Shown: in pieces, positions 9,891 to 20,081 of the stretch
How positions within the stretch are numbered: the stretch's first letter is position 1
How the letters are laid out: the number at the start of each line of letters is the position of its first letter
Source of the DNA: Rappaport israeli
GTDB lineage: Bacteria > Pseudomonadota > Gammaproteobacteria > Cardiobacteriales > Cardiobacteriaceae
Length of the DNA stretch: 32,000 nucleotides
Assembly: GCF_001888055.1 (NCBI RefSeq)
Contig: NZ_LXHZ01000015.1
Span: 18,552 to 50,551, forward strand
Direction of reading: 5' to 3'
Program-made: the position numbers and the translations under genes
The notes under the pieces: generated by a model
Database searches by the model: none
The model's input: the letters and a program-made list of their open reading frames with translations, nothing else
Told to the model about the DNA's origin: nothing

Positions 9891-10885
9891 ACGTCATTTT
9901 CCAGTGAAATACATTTATTTTGCTGTGCAGATAGGGTGGCAGCATCAGCGATACGTTGTGCGGCAACGCCATCGTCAATACTAGTGCGTGGTTTGGTGGT
10001 GTTGATGAGGCAGTCTAAAAAGTGAATAATTTCTAAGCGGTAGGCTTCGCGGTAGCGTTGGAGGAAGAAATATTCGGGTAGGTCTTGGCTGATGTGTTGA
10101 TTGTTCCAAACTACGACTTCAGTGGGGCGGTGGTTGGCGCACTGTATCATGCCACGTTCGCCTAAGACTTCAAAACGTTGGTCGTAGCCATAGGCGGCGC
10201 GACGGCTGGTGTTGATTTGGCAGAGGCGACCTTGGCGGGTTGTAAGTGTTACCGCGGTGGTGTCAAAATCGTTGGCTTGGTGGCGAATTTCTGGATTGGT
10301 TAGACAGGAGGCGCTGGCTTGTACACTGATAATCTCATCATCTAAAATCCAGCGGCAAATATCAAAATCATGAATGAGCATGTCGCGGAAGATGCCTCCG
10401 CTGACTTTTAGATAGTCTAATGATGGTGCGGCTGGGTCGCGACTGGTGATGATAAGAATTTCAGGGTTGCCAATTTCGCCTGATTCTAGGCGTTGTTTAG
10501 CAGCATAAAAGGTAGGGTCAAAGCGACGTTGAAAGCCAATCATGCAGGTGATGCCAGATTCTTTTACGGCTTGTTGACAAAGTTTTGCACGCTCTAGGGA
10601 TAAATCAATGGGTTTTTCACAGAAAACGTGTTTGCCTGCTTGGGTAGCTTGTAGGAGGAGTTGGCTGTGGGTGTCAGTAGAGGAGGCAATGACAACGGCG
10701 TCGATGTTTTTGTCGGCTAAAATTTCTTCAACATTGGCAACTTGCGCGCCTGTGCGTTTAGCAAGGGTTTGTGCAGAATGGGGGTTGGGGTCACTGATGT
10801 AGCGAAGTTGGATGCCTTCGATGGCTTGTAGGTTGGTGGCGTGAATGCTACCAATGCGTCCTGCGCCAAAAAGTGCTAAGTTCAT
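9887..10885 (-). CDS. iolG: myo-Inositol 2-dehydrogenase
   Basis: MNLALFGAGRIGSIHATNL, VFCEKPIDLSLERA, GFQRRFDPTFYAAKQRLESGEIG, GGIFRDMLIHDFDICRWIL. Confidence 0.92.
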   Translation of the reverse strand: MNLALFGAGRIGSIHATNLQAIEGIQLRYISDPNPHSAQTLAKRTGAQVANVEEILADKNIDAVVIASSTDTHSQLLLQATQAGKHVFCEKPIDLSLERAKLCQQAVKESGITCMIGFQRRFDPTFYAAKQRLESGEIGNPEILIITSRDPAAPSLDYLKVSGGIFRDMLIHDFDICRWILDDEIISVQASASCLTNPEIRHQANDFDTTAVTLTTRQGRLCQINTSRRAAYGYDQRFEVLGERGMIQCANHRPTEVVVWNNQHISQDLPEYFFLQRYREAYRLEIIHFLDCLINTTKPRTSIDDGVAAQRIADAATLSAQQNKCISLENDV

Positions 10886-10897
10886 ATTGTTGTCTCC

Positions 10898-11761
10898 TTA
10901 TGGTTTGGGTTCTGTATGGGTGAGTTCTGTTTTGGTGGCATAGAGTAAAAATAATGACTGGATAACGCAGACGGTATTCACTAATGCCCGAAAACCAAAA
11001 TTACTTTGCTCTTGTATTTCTATGATTTGTGTGGCGTTTTTGCCGATATCGCTTAGGTGGCTATCGGTGATGGAGATGATTTTGGCGCCTTTTTGTTGGG
11101 CAAGATGAATGGTGTGGCGGCTGCTGTCGGCGTAGGGGGCGTAGGAGATGACGATGAAGAGATCTTCTTCGCTAACGCTATTGAGTTTTTCCTCTAGGCT
11201 AAAGCATAGTCCATTGAGCCAATGAATTGGTTTGTCGCTGTGTTGAATGAGGTAGGTGAGGTAGGCAGAAGCAGCAAAGGAACGACCTGCCGCCATAATC
11301 CAAATAGATTTTGCATTTATCATTAAATCAACTGCGTTATTCAGTGCTTGCATAAGTTGGACGCTAAATAAATTGTTTAGGCTTTGGGTGCTGTTGTGGA
11401 TGACCTCTTGAACGATGCTACTGCCTGAGATGTTTTCCGCGGCTTGCTGTTGTTCGTGGGCAATGCGTTTTATGCGTTCAGCGTAGTCGTCGGTGATGGC
11501 AATTTGTTGGGCGAGATTTTGTTGGAATAGATTTTTAAGTTGGCTGTATCCGCTAAAGCCCATGCTTTGAGCAAATCGAACTAAGGAAGAGGGGGCAACA
11601 TCAATGGTTTGACTAAATTCATTGGCACTCATTAGGGCGATATGGTCGCGGTGATGATGCAGCTGGCGTGCGATGCTTTGGAGGCGTTTGCTGAGTTGGT
11701 CGTAGCGTTGGTCTATGGCTTGAAAAAGTTCATCGGGGTTGGCGTAGGGGGGGTGTTGCAT
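10898..11761 (-). CDS. iolR: MurR/RpiR-family transcriptional regulator, probable iol regulator
   Basis: N-terminal HTH (FSQTIDVAPSSLVRFAQSMGFSGYSQLKNLF) and C-terminal SIS domain (IWIMAAGRSFAASAYLTYLI...IVISYAPYADSSRHTIHLAQQKGAKIISITD); located in the operon. Confidence 0.88.
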   Translation of the reverse strand: MQHPPYANPDELFQAIDQRYDQLSKRLQSIARQLHHHRDHIALMSANEFSQTIDVAPSSLVRFAQSMGFSGYSQLKNLFQQNLAQQIAITDDYAERIKRIAHEQQQAAENISGSSIVQEVIHNSTQSLNNLFSVQLMQALNNAVDLMINAKSIWIMAAGRSFAASAYLTYLIQHSDKPIHWLNGLCFSLEEKLNSVSEEDLFIVISYAPYADSSRHTIHLAQQKGAKIISITDSHLSDIGKNATQIIEIQEQSNFGFRALVNTVCVIQSLFLLYATKTELTHTEPKP

Positions 11762-11770
11762 GTGGGTTTC

Positions 11771-12574
11771 CTATTTGGGTGGGGCGATAAGCCATTCGTG
11801 TTCAGGATCGTTGCTAAATTGCCAACGACGTTCTGGTCCTGCCATGGTGTTGAGATAATATAGGTCGTAACCATGTACTGCAGCGCAGGGATGATATCCT
11901 TTTGGAACCAACACTACATCACGATTTTCAACGCTCATGGTTTCATCTAAGGTGCGGTCTTGGGTATAAACACGCTGGAAAGCAAATCCTTGTGGGGGGT
12001 TAATGCAGTGGTAGTAGGTTTCTTCAAGTAGGGTTTCGTTGGCGTTTTGTTGGTCATGCTTATGGGGAGGATAGCTGGAGCTGTTGCCCGCTGGGGTAAT
12101 GACTTCAACAACTAATAGGCTTTCAGCTGGGGCATCTTCGGGCAAAATGTCGCAAATGTAGCGGGTATTGCTGCCTTGTCCGCGGGTGCTGCGTCGCATG
12201 TGTTCGGGGAGAATGAGTCTAGGGGGATAATGTCCTTGGGCTGGGGCGCTTGATAGGGCGATTTCTAGGTCGGTGTGCGCGCTTATGTGGATTTGGCTGT
12301 TAGGGGGGATATAGACGGCATAGGGGGATTGGTTGTCAAAGACGCTTTGACGTTGTCCTAGGTGTGTATAGTGCTGTTCGTTGACTTGAATATCTGCGCG
12401 ACCGTAGAGTAGGGTGAGGCAATATTCTTTGTTGTGTTCACTGTGAAATTGGTGTGTTTGTTGGGCGGCTAATTGTACAACGCTAAAGCCAACATATTGC
12501 CAATTGGCATTTTCTGGGGTGATGTTGTGTAGGATTGTGTGATTTTTGTTGGGTTTGATTAATAAGTTTGGCAT
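11771..12574 (-). CDS. iolB: 5-deoxy-glucuronate isomerase
   Basis: RGSNTRYICDILPEDAPAESLLVVEVITPAGNSSSYPPHKHD; HPCAAVHGYDLYYLNTMAGPERRW is typical of IolB. Confidence 0.94.
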   Translation of the reverse strand: MPNLLIKPNKNHTILHNITPENANWQYVGFSVVQLAAQQTHQFHSEHNKEYCLTLLYGRADIQVNEQHYTHLGQRQSVFDNQSPYAVYIPPNSQIHISAHTDLEIALSSAPAQGHYPPRLILPEHMRRSTRGQGSNTRYICDILPEDAPAESLLVVEVITPAGNSSSYPPHKHDQQNANETLLEETYYHCINPPQGFAFQRVYTQDRTLDETMSVENRDVVLVPKGYHPCAAVHGYDLYYLNTMAGPERRWQFSNDPEHEWLIAPPK

Positions 12575-12582
12575 GGGAGTTC

Positions 12583-13529
12583 CTAGCTATGGGGGTGTTT
12601 TAGGGTGTCAATGATTTGGGTTAGAGTTTGGTAGCCTTTTTTGGCGTAGGGGTAAGGCGGAGCAAGGGCAGGGTCTTGTTCGGCTTCAACGATGAGCCAG
12701 CCTTGATAATGGTTTTGCAATAAGAGGGTTAGGACGGCGTTAAAATCAATAACACCATCGCCGGGTACGGTAAAAGCGCCTGCAAGTACGGCGTTTAAAA
12801 AGGATTGGTCGCGATTTCTAATGTCGCGTATAACCTTTGGTCGGACATCTTTGCAGTGCACGTGAACCACGCGCTGTAAATGTTTTTTCAGAGTTTGGGT
12901 GATGTCGATGTTTTGTTCAGCATGGTTGGTGGCTTGTGCAAACCAGCAATGTCCAGTATCAAATAATAATCCAACGTTTTCTGGGTCGGTTAGGCTCATG
13001 AGGGTGTCGATATCGTCTGGATGTTCGACGTAGGCGCCCATATGATGATGGTAGGCTAAGGTAAGGTCATATTTATCTTTGATTTTCTTGCCAAATTCAT
13101 TGAGTTTTTGTGTGTAGGTTTGCCATTGCTGTGGCTGGGTAAATTTAGGTCGCTGAGAGAGAGGGGTGTGGATTTGTCCTTGAATGCTGTGGGCGGTTTC
13201 GCCATAAACGAGGATTTTGCAGTCGTTGTGGTGTAATTTTTCTAGGTGTTGGGTGGCAGCTTGTAATTCGTCATCTACGCTGTAATCGTTAAGGCGGGCG
13301 AGGTTGCCTGAATACCAACCTGAAACGCAGGCAACGTTGTATTGCTTGAGTGTTTTTTTAAGTTCCGCACCTGTTTTGGGAAATTTGTTGCCTAGTTCAA
13401 AGCCTTGGTAGCCAATTTCACTGCCTTCACTAAGTGCGATTTCTAGCGGGGTTTCACCTCCTAGAGACGGAAGGTCGTCGTTGCTCCAACCGATAGGTTG
13501 ATACCAATTTGTACGTTAAATGTTGACAT
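12583..13529 (-). CDS. iolE: myo-Inosose-2 dehydratase, apparent frameshift near 13496
   Basis: Manual translation upstream of ORF 12583..13041 gives MSTFNVQIGIN / PIGWSNDDLPSLGGETPLEIALSEGSEIGYQGFELGNKFPK...YDLTLAYHHHMGAYVEHPDDIDTLM. A one-base insertion at GG 13496-13497 joins the N-terminus. Confidence 0.9.
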
Positions 13530-13546
13530 AGATTTTCCTTAGATTA

Positions 13547-15445
13547 TTAGCGACGTTGTTGGGCTTTGTTTTGTTGTTGTTCGGCGTAAGCTTGCTGCAC
13601 TTTATTGTGCGGGGATACTTCTGCAATGCCGACTTCCCACCATGCGCCTCCATCATCGGTGATGCGTTCAGCTGTAGTGTCAATGACTAATACTGAAACG
13701 CCTTGGCGTGCTCTAGCTTGTTTAAGTGCGATTTTTAGGCTGTCAATATTGTCAACGTGTTGAGCATAAGCGCCCATGGCTTGAGCATGGGAGGAAAAAT
13801 CTATATGGACATCGATGCCATTTTCGCCTACACAGTGGCTTAAAAGATTATTGTAATTGGGACTACCACTAGCACGTTGTAAGCGGTTGATGCAACCAAA
13901 TCCGCGATTATCTAATACGACAATAATAAGCTTGAGACCAAGCATTTGTGCGGTGGCAATTTCACTATTCATCATCATATAAGAGCCATCGCCTACCATG
14001 ACGATAACTTCTTTGTCTGGGCGGGCAAGTTTAACGCCTAATGCGCCAGCGATTTCATAACCCATGCAGGAGTAACCATAATCCATATGGTAGTTGCCTA
14101 CGCCTTCACAACGCCAAAGTTTATGCAGTTCTGCAGGTAAAGTACCTGCAGCGCACACGACAATGTCTTGATAAGGAGAGTTGGGGTGAGATTGTCTTAT
14201 TGCGCCAATAACTTCAGCATCGTAGGGGAGGGTGTCTTTGGGTGGTTGTTGTGTAGTGAGTTGTGTTACTTTGTCTTGCCATTGTTGTGCTAGGGTTTGG
14301 CTGCGTTGTTGCCAATCTGGGCTAAGGGCAGTAAATAGATTGTCTTGTTTGAGCCAGTCTATAAGACAAAGTTTGGCATCGCTTTGTAGGCTTTGGGCGC
14401 GCGCACGAGTGAGGTCTAGAGTGGAGACATTGAGCGCTAAGATTTCTGCTTCAGGAAATAGAGCATTAGAGCCACTGGTAAAATCTTGTAAGCGTGTACC
14501 TATGGCAATAATTAAATCGGCTTCACGAGCAAGGGTGTTGGCAGCAGGAGAACCTAATACGCCAATAGAGCCAACGTTGTAAGGATGTTGCCATGAGAGT
14601 GCGCTTTTGCCAGCTTGTGTTTCAGCTACGGGGATGCGGTATTGTTGCGCAAAGGTGGCAAGTTCTTGGCTGGCATCGCTATATAAAGTGCCACCGCCGC
14701 TAATGATAAGGGGGCGTTTGGCGCGTGATAGAGTGGCGTATGCTTGCTGGATTTCGCGTGTGTCTGCACTTAGACGACGTATTTTCAGGGGTGTTGGGTT
14801 AAAAAAGTCGCGTGGATAATCCCATGCTTGCGCTTGGATGTCTTGCGGTAGGGCGAGGGTCACAGGGCCACAAAGTGCGGGGTCGGTTAGGACGGCGAAG
14901 GCGCGTGGCAGGGCGGTTAGTAATTGCGCTGGAAGCATGATGCGGTCAAAATAGCGTGAGACGGGGCGAAAGCAGTCGTTAACGCTGATATCACCAGCTG
15001 AAAAATCTTCACTTTGTTGCAATACGGGGTCAGGAGCGCGACTGGCAAAAATATCTCCAGGAAGAAGGAGTAATGGTAGACGATTGACGTGTGCTAATGC
15101 AGCGGCGGTTACCATATTGGTTGCCCCTGGTCCAATAGAGGAACTAACCGCCATAATGCGTCGGCGCATCTGTGCTTTGGCATAAGCAATAGCGGCATGT
15201 GCCATGCCTTGTTCGTTGTGGGCGCGCAGTAGTGGTAATCCTTGTGGGCGGTAGTCGCGATGCTTGTCAGCAAGGCGTAAGTTTGCCATTGCTTCGCCTA
15301 TCCCACAAACATTTCCATGCCCAAAAATTGCCCACATACCTGTAACAAAAGGATGAAGACTGCCATCATCATCTTCGATTTCTATGCTAGCGATATAGCG
15401 AGTAAGTGCTTGTGCCATAGTTAGGCGTATGGTTTTAGTGCTCAT
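13547..15445 (-). CDS. iolD: 3D-(3,5/4)-trihydroxycyclohexane-1,2-dione acylhydrolase (ThDP-dependent)
   Basis: MSTKTIRLTMAQALTRYIASIEIEDDDG...FGHGNVCGIGEA...ISSSIGPGATNM; ThDP-binding region EVIVMVGDGSYMMMNSEIATAQ. Confidence 0.95.
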   Translation of the reverse strand: MSTKTIRLTMAQALTRYIASIEIEDDDGSLHPFVTGMWAIFGHGNVCGIGEAMANLRLADKHRDYRPQGLPLLRAHNEQGMAHAAIAYAKAQMRRRIMAVSSSIGPGATNMVTAAALAHVNRLPLLLLPGDIFASRAPDPVLQQSEDFSAGDISVNDCFRPVSRYFDRIMLPAQLLTALPRAFAVLTDPALCGPVTLALPQDIQAQAWDYPRDFFNPTPLKIRRLSADTREIQQAYATLSRAKRPLIISGGGTLYSDASQELATFAQQYRIPVAETQAGKSALSWQHPYNVGSIGVLGSPAANTLAREADLIIAIGTRLQDFTSGSNALFPEAEILALNVSTLDLTRARAQSLQSDAKLCLIDWLKQDNLFTALSPDWQQRSQTLAQQWQDKVTQLTTQQPPKDTLPYDAEVIGAIRQSHPNSPYQDIVVCAAGTLPAELHKLWRCEGVGNYHMDYGYSCMGYEIAGALGVKLARPDKEVIVMVGDGSYMMMNSEIATAQMLGLKLIIVVLDNRGFGCINRLQRASGSPNYNNLLSHCVGENGIDVHIDFSSHAQAMGAYAQHVDNIDSLKIALKQARARQGVSVLVIDTTAERITDDGGAWWEVGIAEVSPHNKVQQAYAEQQQNKAQQRR

Positions 15446-17397
15446 GAGGAACTCCTGTGCGTGTCTGCCATGCATCGATTAAGACAGTAAAATTTTCGCT
15501 GATTTGTTGACGACATTGCTCGACATTAATTTTTTCTTCTAACAATGCGCAGATGGGTTGTTGCCAGACACTACGACCAATCATAAATCCTTTAACAATA
15601 GGGTGAGTGGCTTGTTTAAATTGCGCGCATAACACTTCTTTTGCTTGATTTAGACCTAATAAAACAACGCCTCGACAATAGGGGTCGTGTTGTTGAATGA
15701 GTTGGTCTAGCATATGCCAAGAGGGAGATTGCATACCCACAAGTTTCCACCAATGGGGTTTGATACCAAGATGATAAAATCGCGCAATACTACGTAAGAT
15801 AATGCTGTCGTTATCTTTGTCGCTAACGTGCGCAGGTAAGGGATTAGGAGCAATAACTTCTAATAACAATTCATGTCCGCTGTGTTGCACACTTTCCCAT
15901 AGCGCGAGCAGTTGGCGTTCTTGTGCCATACGTATATTAAGGTCGTCTTCTGGGTGGTAGAACACTAAACATTTTATGGTGTGTTCTAGGGGATAGTCTT
16001 TGATTTTACTGGCAATGCTGTATGTGTGTTCAAAAGAAAGGGGGCGCGAACTAGGTTGTTCAACAGGGCGTCCAATCCATAAAGGTGGGTTGGATTCACT
16101 GGCATCACATAATACTTGTTTAGCATAGGTATCATCGGCCAATATTCCTAGTTTCCCAGATAATTCAGGACGTTGTTTACTAATATGGGTTAGTGCTTGG
16201 AAAACGATTTGCTTGAGTTGGGTAATTTTTGTACGTGGTATTGCATAGCGATTGGCTATGTCCTCAAATTGGCTACGATGATCAAAAGCTAAGACATAAA
16301 CTTCAGGCCACGAGATGCGCTTGCCGCTGACTCGGTGCAAATGCTGTAAATGAGGGTCTAGGTCAGGGCGTAATCCTTCGGGTTGATTGAGCCAATAATT
16401 TAGTTCATCTAGGGTTGGCATAGCAGGTGCACAACCATGACGTGAGACAACGATTGCGCCACAAATATTAGCAATGCGCGCAGCTTGAGCAAAATCATAT
16501 CCGCGAATAAGTGCATAAATTAAACCACTGGCAAAAGCATCCCCTGCCCCTAATACGTTCATGACTTCTACTTGTTCAGTTTTATATAGGGTAAGAGTAT
16601 CGAGTGAGTCTGGAATTTCTCCAGAAATAATTTGACATCCTAAAACGCCTCTTTTTAATACGAGTACAGCTTGGGTGTGTTGGCGAACGGTGCGTAAGGC
16701 TTGCAAAATGTCTTCTGAGCCACCTGCAATACTAAATTCTTCTTCTGTGCCTATGATTAAATCGAATAAAGGCAGTTGCGCCTGCAGATGAGCGCTGACA
16801 CTGTCGCTTTTGATGTAGCGTGTTTCGCCATCGCCAAGTTCGGTAAGACCCCACAAAACAGGTCGATAATCAATATCTAAAATAGTGATAGTTTGATGTT
16901 GACGTGCAGCTTGTAGTGCTTTTCTTGAAGCTTTGAGTGTGGTATCGGTGGATAGGTGCGTACCAGTAACTAGTAGCGCTTTGCATCGTTTGAAAAAATT
17001 CTCGTCAATATCATCTTCACAGAGCGCCATATCTGCACAATCATGCCGATAAAACAATAATGGGAATGTGTCTTGATCTTTTAAAGCAAGAAAAACCAGT
17101 GCGGTTAAGCGTTCAGGGTCTAGGAGTACTTGTGAAGTATCGCAGCCTTCACGCTCTAACGTTTCAAGTAAAAATCGTCCCATTTGTTCATTGCCAACCC
17201 TTGAAATCATGGCGCTGTTTAAACCCAATCTTGCAGTTCCGAAAGCGATATTGCTTGAGCTACCACCGAGGTATTTTTTAAAACTGTGGGTATGCTCTAA
17301 ACCGACACCAATAGCTTCACCATATAAGTCAACCGCTAGACGACCTAAGCAAGCAATGTCTATTGGGCGTTCTTGGGGGAAAACAATTTTTTTGCAT
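15435..17397 (-). CDS. iolC: 5-dehydro-2-deoxygluconokinase fused to a C-terminal DUF2090/aldolase-like domain; frameshift near the start codon
   Basis: PfkB fold: RPIDIACLGRLAVDLYGEAIGVGLEHTHSFKKYLGGSSSNIAFGTARLGLNSAMISRVGNEQMG...GAGDAFASGLIYAL. C-terminal DUF2090-type region: WPEVYVLAFDHRSQFEDIA...GVVLLGLNQ. An N-terminal MQKIVFPQ is recovered if T7 at 17387-17393 is really T6. Confidence 0.92.
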
Positions 17398-17484
17398 CTA
17401 CGCTGCTCCAGCTAGAGAAATGTTTGAGCCTATAGTATAGAATATTTAAAATAAAAATTCCAAATTATTTTTTCAAAATAAAAT

Positions 17485-17528
17485 TTGCGATATATGGGGT
17501 TGGCTGCTATATTAACCCTAGGTTAATA
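17485..17528 (+). promoter_or_regulatory. Putative promoter for the ABC transporter with an overlapping palindromic operator
   Basis: TTGCGA (17485-17490), 17-nt spacer, TATATT (17508-17513). The perfect inverted repeat TATTAACC-CTA-GGTTAATA (17510-17528) overlaps the -10/start region. Confidence 0.5.
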
Positions 17529-17562
17529 CCTAAATAAAATAATTAAACAGGAGTATAACACT

Positions 17563-18485
17563 ATGAAAAAATTAGCTTTAGTAAGTGCAATGGCGATGAT
17601 ATCGTTCTCGCCAGTCACTGTTGCTAAGGATTTGGTTATTGGTGCGACGATGTCAAAATTTGCTGATAAATGGTTGACGTATTTAATTGACGGTATTGAG
17701 CAATTTGATAAAGAGCATGATGATGTGACGGTGGTATTAACCGATGCCAACGATGACCCAGCACGGATGCTCAATCAGGTGGATAATTTTATTGACCAAG
17801 GGGTGGATGCGGTGATTATTCATCCAACTGACCGACAAACGGTGCGTCCAATTGCAAAAAACTACAAAAAGCAGGAATTCCATTGGTAGTAGTCAATCGT
17901 CGTCCAAATGATGAAGATATGGCGTTAATTGGAGCTTATGTCGGTTCAGATGAGATTAAAGGTGGATTGCTACAAGGCGAGGTTGTGGTGAATTTATTAG
18001 GCGAAAAAGAAGGTCGTGTGGGGATTTTAATGGGGCCTCTTGGTTTGGAAGGGCAGATTAATCGTACTGCTGGAAATAAGCAGGTTTTTGATAAACATGA
18101 CAATATTACGGTGATTGTAGAGCAAGAAGGTAAGTGGGACCGTGCTAAGGGCTTGGAGATTACTGAGGATTGGTTACAAGGTAAAAACAATCTTAATGTG
18201 ATTGTGGCGAATAATGATGAGATGGCAATTGGGGCAATGCTGGCAACGCGTAAGGTGGGTTTTAAAGATGAAGATTTTATTATTGTTGGTTTGGATGCAA
18301 CGCCTGATGCTTTGCAATATTTAGGTGAGGGGTTGGACGCGACTGTTTTCCAAGATGGGTATGGTCAAGGTTATGGAGGGGCGCAAGTGGCGTATAAGTT
18401 GGCTAAGGGTGAAGTGGTCGAACCTGTGAAATGGATTGATTTTCAGTTGGTAACCCCAGAAAACAAAGCGCAATACGTTAAATAA
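17563..18485 (+). CDS. Periplasmic sugar/inositol-binding protein (PBP1/LacI-like fold), apparent frameshift near 17866-17870
   Basis: Signal peptide MKKLALVSAMAMISFSPVTVAKDLVIGATMSKFADKWLTYLIDGIEQF. ORF 17883..18485 continues VVVNRRPNDEDMALIGAYVGSDEIKGG...IIVGLDATPDALQYLGEGLDATVFQDGYGQG. Changing A5 to A6 restores NYKKAGIPLVVVNRR. Confidence 0.9.
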
Positions 18486-18494
18486 AAAATCTTT

Positions 18495-18524
18495 AAAAAG
18501 GTCATCGTTTGGATGACCTTTTTT
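18495..18524 (+). terminator. Intra-operon stem-loop/terminator between binding-protein and ATPase genes
   Basis: AAAAAGGTCATC-GTTTG-GATGACCTTTTT, perfect 12-bp arms with T-tract. Confidence 0.8.
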
Positions 18525-18540
18525 GCTTAAGGAGGGTCTT

Positions 18541-20055
18541 ATGGATGCGCACAACAATATTTTACAATTAAATAATATTAGTAAAACTTTCCCTGGGGTC
18601 AAGGCGTTAGATGGTATAAATTTGGCGATTCGTCGGGGGGAGGTGCATGCGCTAATGGGCGAAAATGGCGCAGGAAAATCCACGTTGATGAAGATTCTTT
18701 ATGGCTTGTATGTGCCAGATAAAGGCGGTGAGATGATTTTTGATGGTGCACCGTTTAAGCCATCGCGTCCTATGGAGGCTATTGGGCGTGGATTGATTAT
18801 GGTGCCACAGGAGATTAGTCCTGTGGGTAATTTGACGGTGGCAGAGAATTTTTTCTTAGGACGCGAAATTGTTAAAAATGGTCTGCTAGATAATCAAGCG
18901 ATGAATGCTCAAGCTGAGGCGATGTTACGTGATTTGGGGATTGTGATGGATGTGCGCCAAAAAATGAGTGAGGTGTCTGTTGCTAAAGCACAATTGGTAG
19001 CGGTGGCTACAGCAGTATCGATTGATGCAAAGGTGATTTTAATGGATGAACCTTCTACTTCCTTAACAGAGTTAGAAGTAGAGCAATTGTATCAGATTGT
19101 TGAACGTTTAAAGGCGCGCAATATTGCGGTGATTTTTATCTCACATAAATTAGATGAGATTTTTCGTGTGGCTGACCGTATTTCGGTGTTACGTGATGGT
19201 TGTCATGTCGCTACGCATGATAAAACGGCTATTACCAAGGAACAACTGATTGAAGAGATGGTCGGGCGTAATATGAGTGATATGTATGCTAAGGAGAAAG
19301 TTGCAATTAGTGATGAGCTGGTTATAGAAGTACGCCATCTGAGTCGTGAAAATTGTTTTGAGGATGTGAGTTTTTCTGTGCGTAAAGGGGAGATTTTAGG
19401 GGTTGCTGGATTGGTTGGGGCAGGGCGAAGTTATGTTGCGGAGAGTTTGTATGGTTATAAGCCTGCAGATAGTGGTGAGATTTTTATGCATGGTAGGCAG
19501 GTGTTTATTCAAAATCCTAATGATGCGCAACACAATCATATTGGCTGGGTTACAGAAGACCGCAAGCTAACAGGTTTATTCCTTAATATGAATATTACCG
19601 ACAATATTATTATGCCTAATTTATCGCCTTTTATTCGAAACTTCTTGATTTCAAATGGATTGGCGCGTGAGGTGGCGGAAAAACAAAAGCGTGAGATGCG
19701 TATTAAAGCGCCGAATGTGAATGTGATTACAGGAAATCTTTCTGGTGGTAATCAGCAAAAGGTGTTGATTGGACGTGCGTTAATTTTAAATCCTGATGTT
19801 CTGATTTTAGATGAACCTACTAAGGGTATTGATGTGGGGGCAAAGGCAGAGATTTATCGTTTGATGGTAGAGCTTGCCAAAATTGGTAAGTCAATCATTA
19901 TGATATCCTCAGATATGATTGAATTATTAGCAATGAGTGATCGGATTATGGTGATGGCAGAAGGCAAGGTAACGGGCATGCTTAGTCGTGATGAGGCAAC
20001 GCAGGCGAAAATTATTAAATTGGCATCGAAGTTAACCGATGAGATGTCGGTGTAA
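18541..20055 (+). CDS. Sugar ABC transporter ATP-binding protein (RbsA/MglA family, two ABC domains), probable inositol importer
   Basis: MDAHNNILQLNNISKTFPGVKALDGINLAIRRGEVHALMGENGAGKSTLMKILYG; second domain LSGGNQQKVLIGRALILNPDVLILDEPTKGIDVGAKAEIY. Confidence 0.92.
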   Translation: MDAHNNILQLNNISKTFPGVKALDGINLAIRRGEVHALMGENGAGKSTLMKILYGLYVPDKGGEMIFDGAPFKPSRPMEAIGRGLIMVPQEISPVGNLTVAENFFLGREIVKNGLLDNQAMNAQAEAMLRDLGIVMDVRQKMSEVSVAKAQLVAVATAVSIDAKVILMDEPSTSLTELEVEQLYQIVERLKARNIAVIFISHKLDEIFRVADRISVLRDGCHVATHDKTAITKEQLIEEMVGRNMSDMYAKEKVAISDELVIEVRHLSRENCFEDVSFSVRKGEILGVAGLVGAGRSYVAESLYGYKPADSGEIFMHGRQVFIQNPNDAQHNHIGWVTEDRKLTGLFLNMNITDNIIMPNLSPFIRNFLISNGLAREVAEKQKREMRIKAPNVNVITGNLSGGNQQKVLIGRALILNPDVLILDEPTKGIDVGAKAEIYRLMVELAKIGKSIIMISSDMIELLAMSDRIMVMAEGKVTGMLSRDEATQAKIIKLASKLTDEMSV

Positions 20056-20081
20056 TGAATAATCACAAAAGAGGAGGCGTT

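Noticed and set aside
14232-14819. Plus-strand ORFs antisense to iolD (14232..14582, 14607..14819)
   Set aside because: Antisense shadow ORFs over a strongly conserved ThDP enzyme.
17563-18485. Binding-protein gene as a genuine pseudogene
   Set aside because: A single A added to the A5 run restores NYKKAGIPLVVVNRR with intact sequence on both sides, so artefact is more likely.
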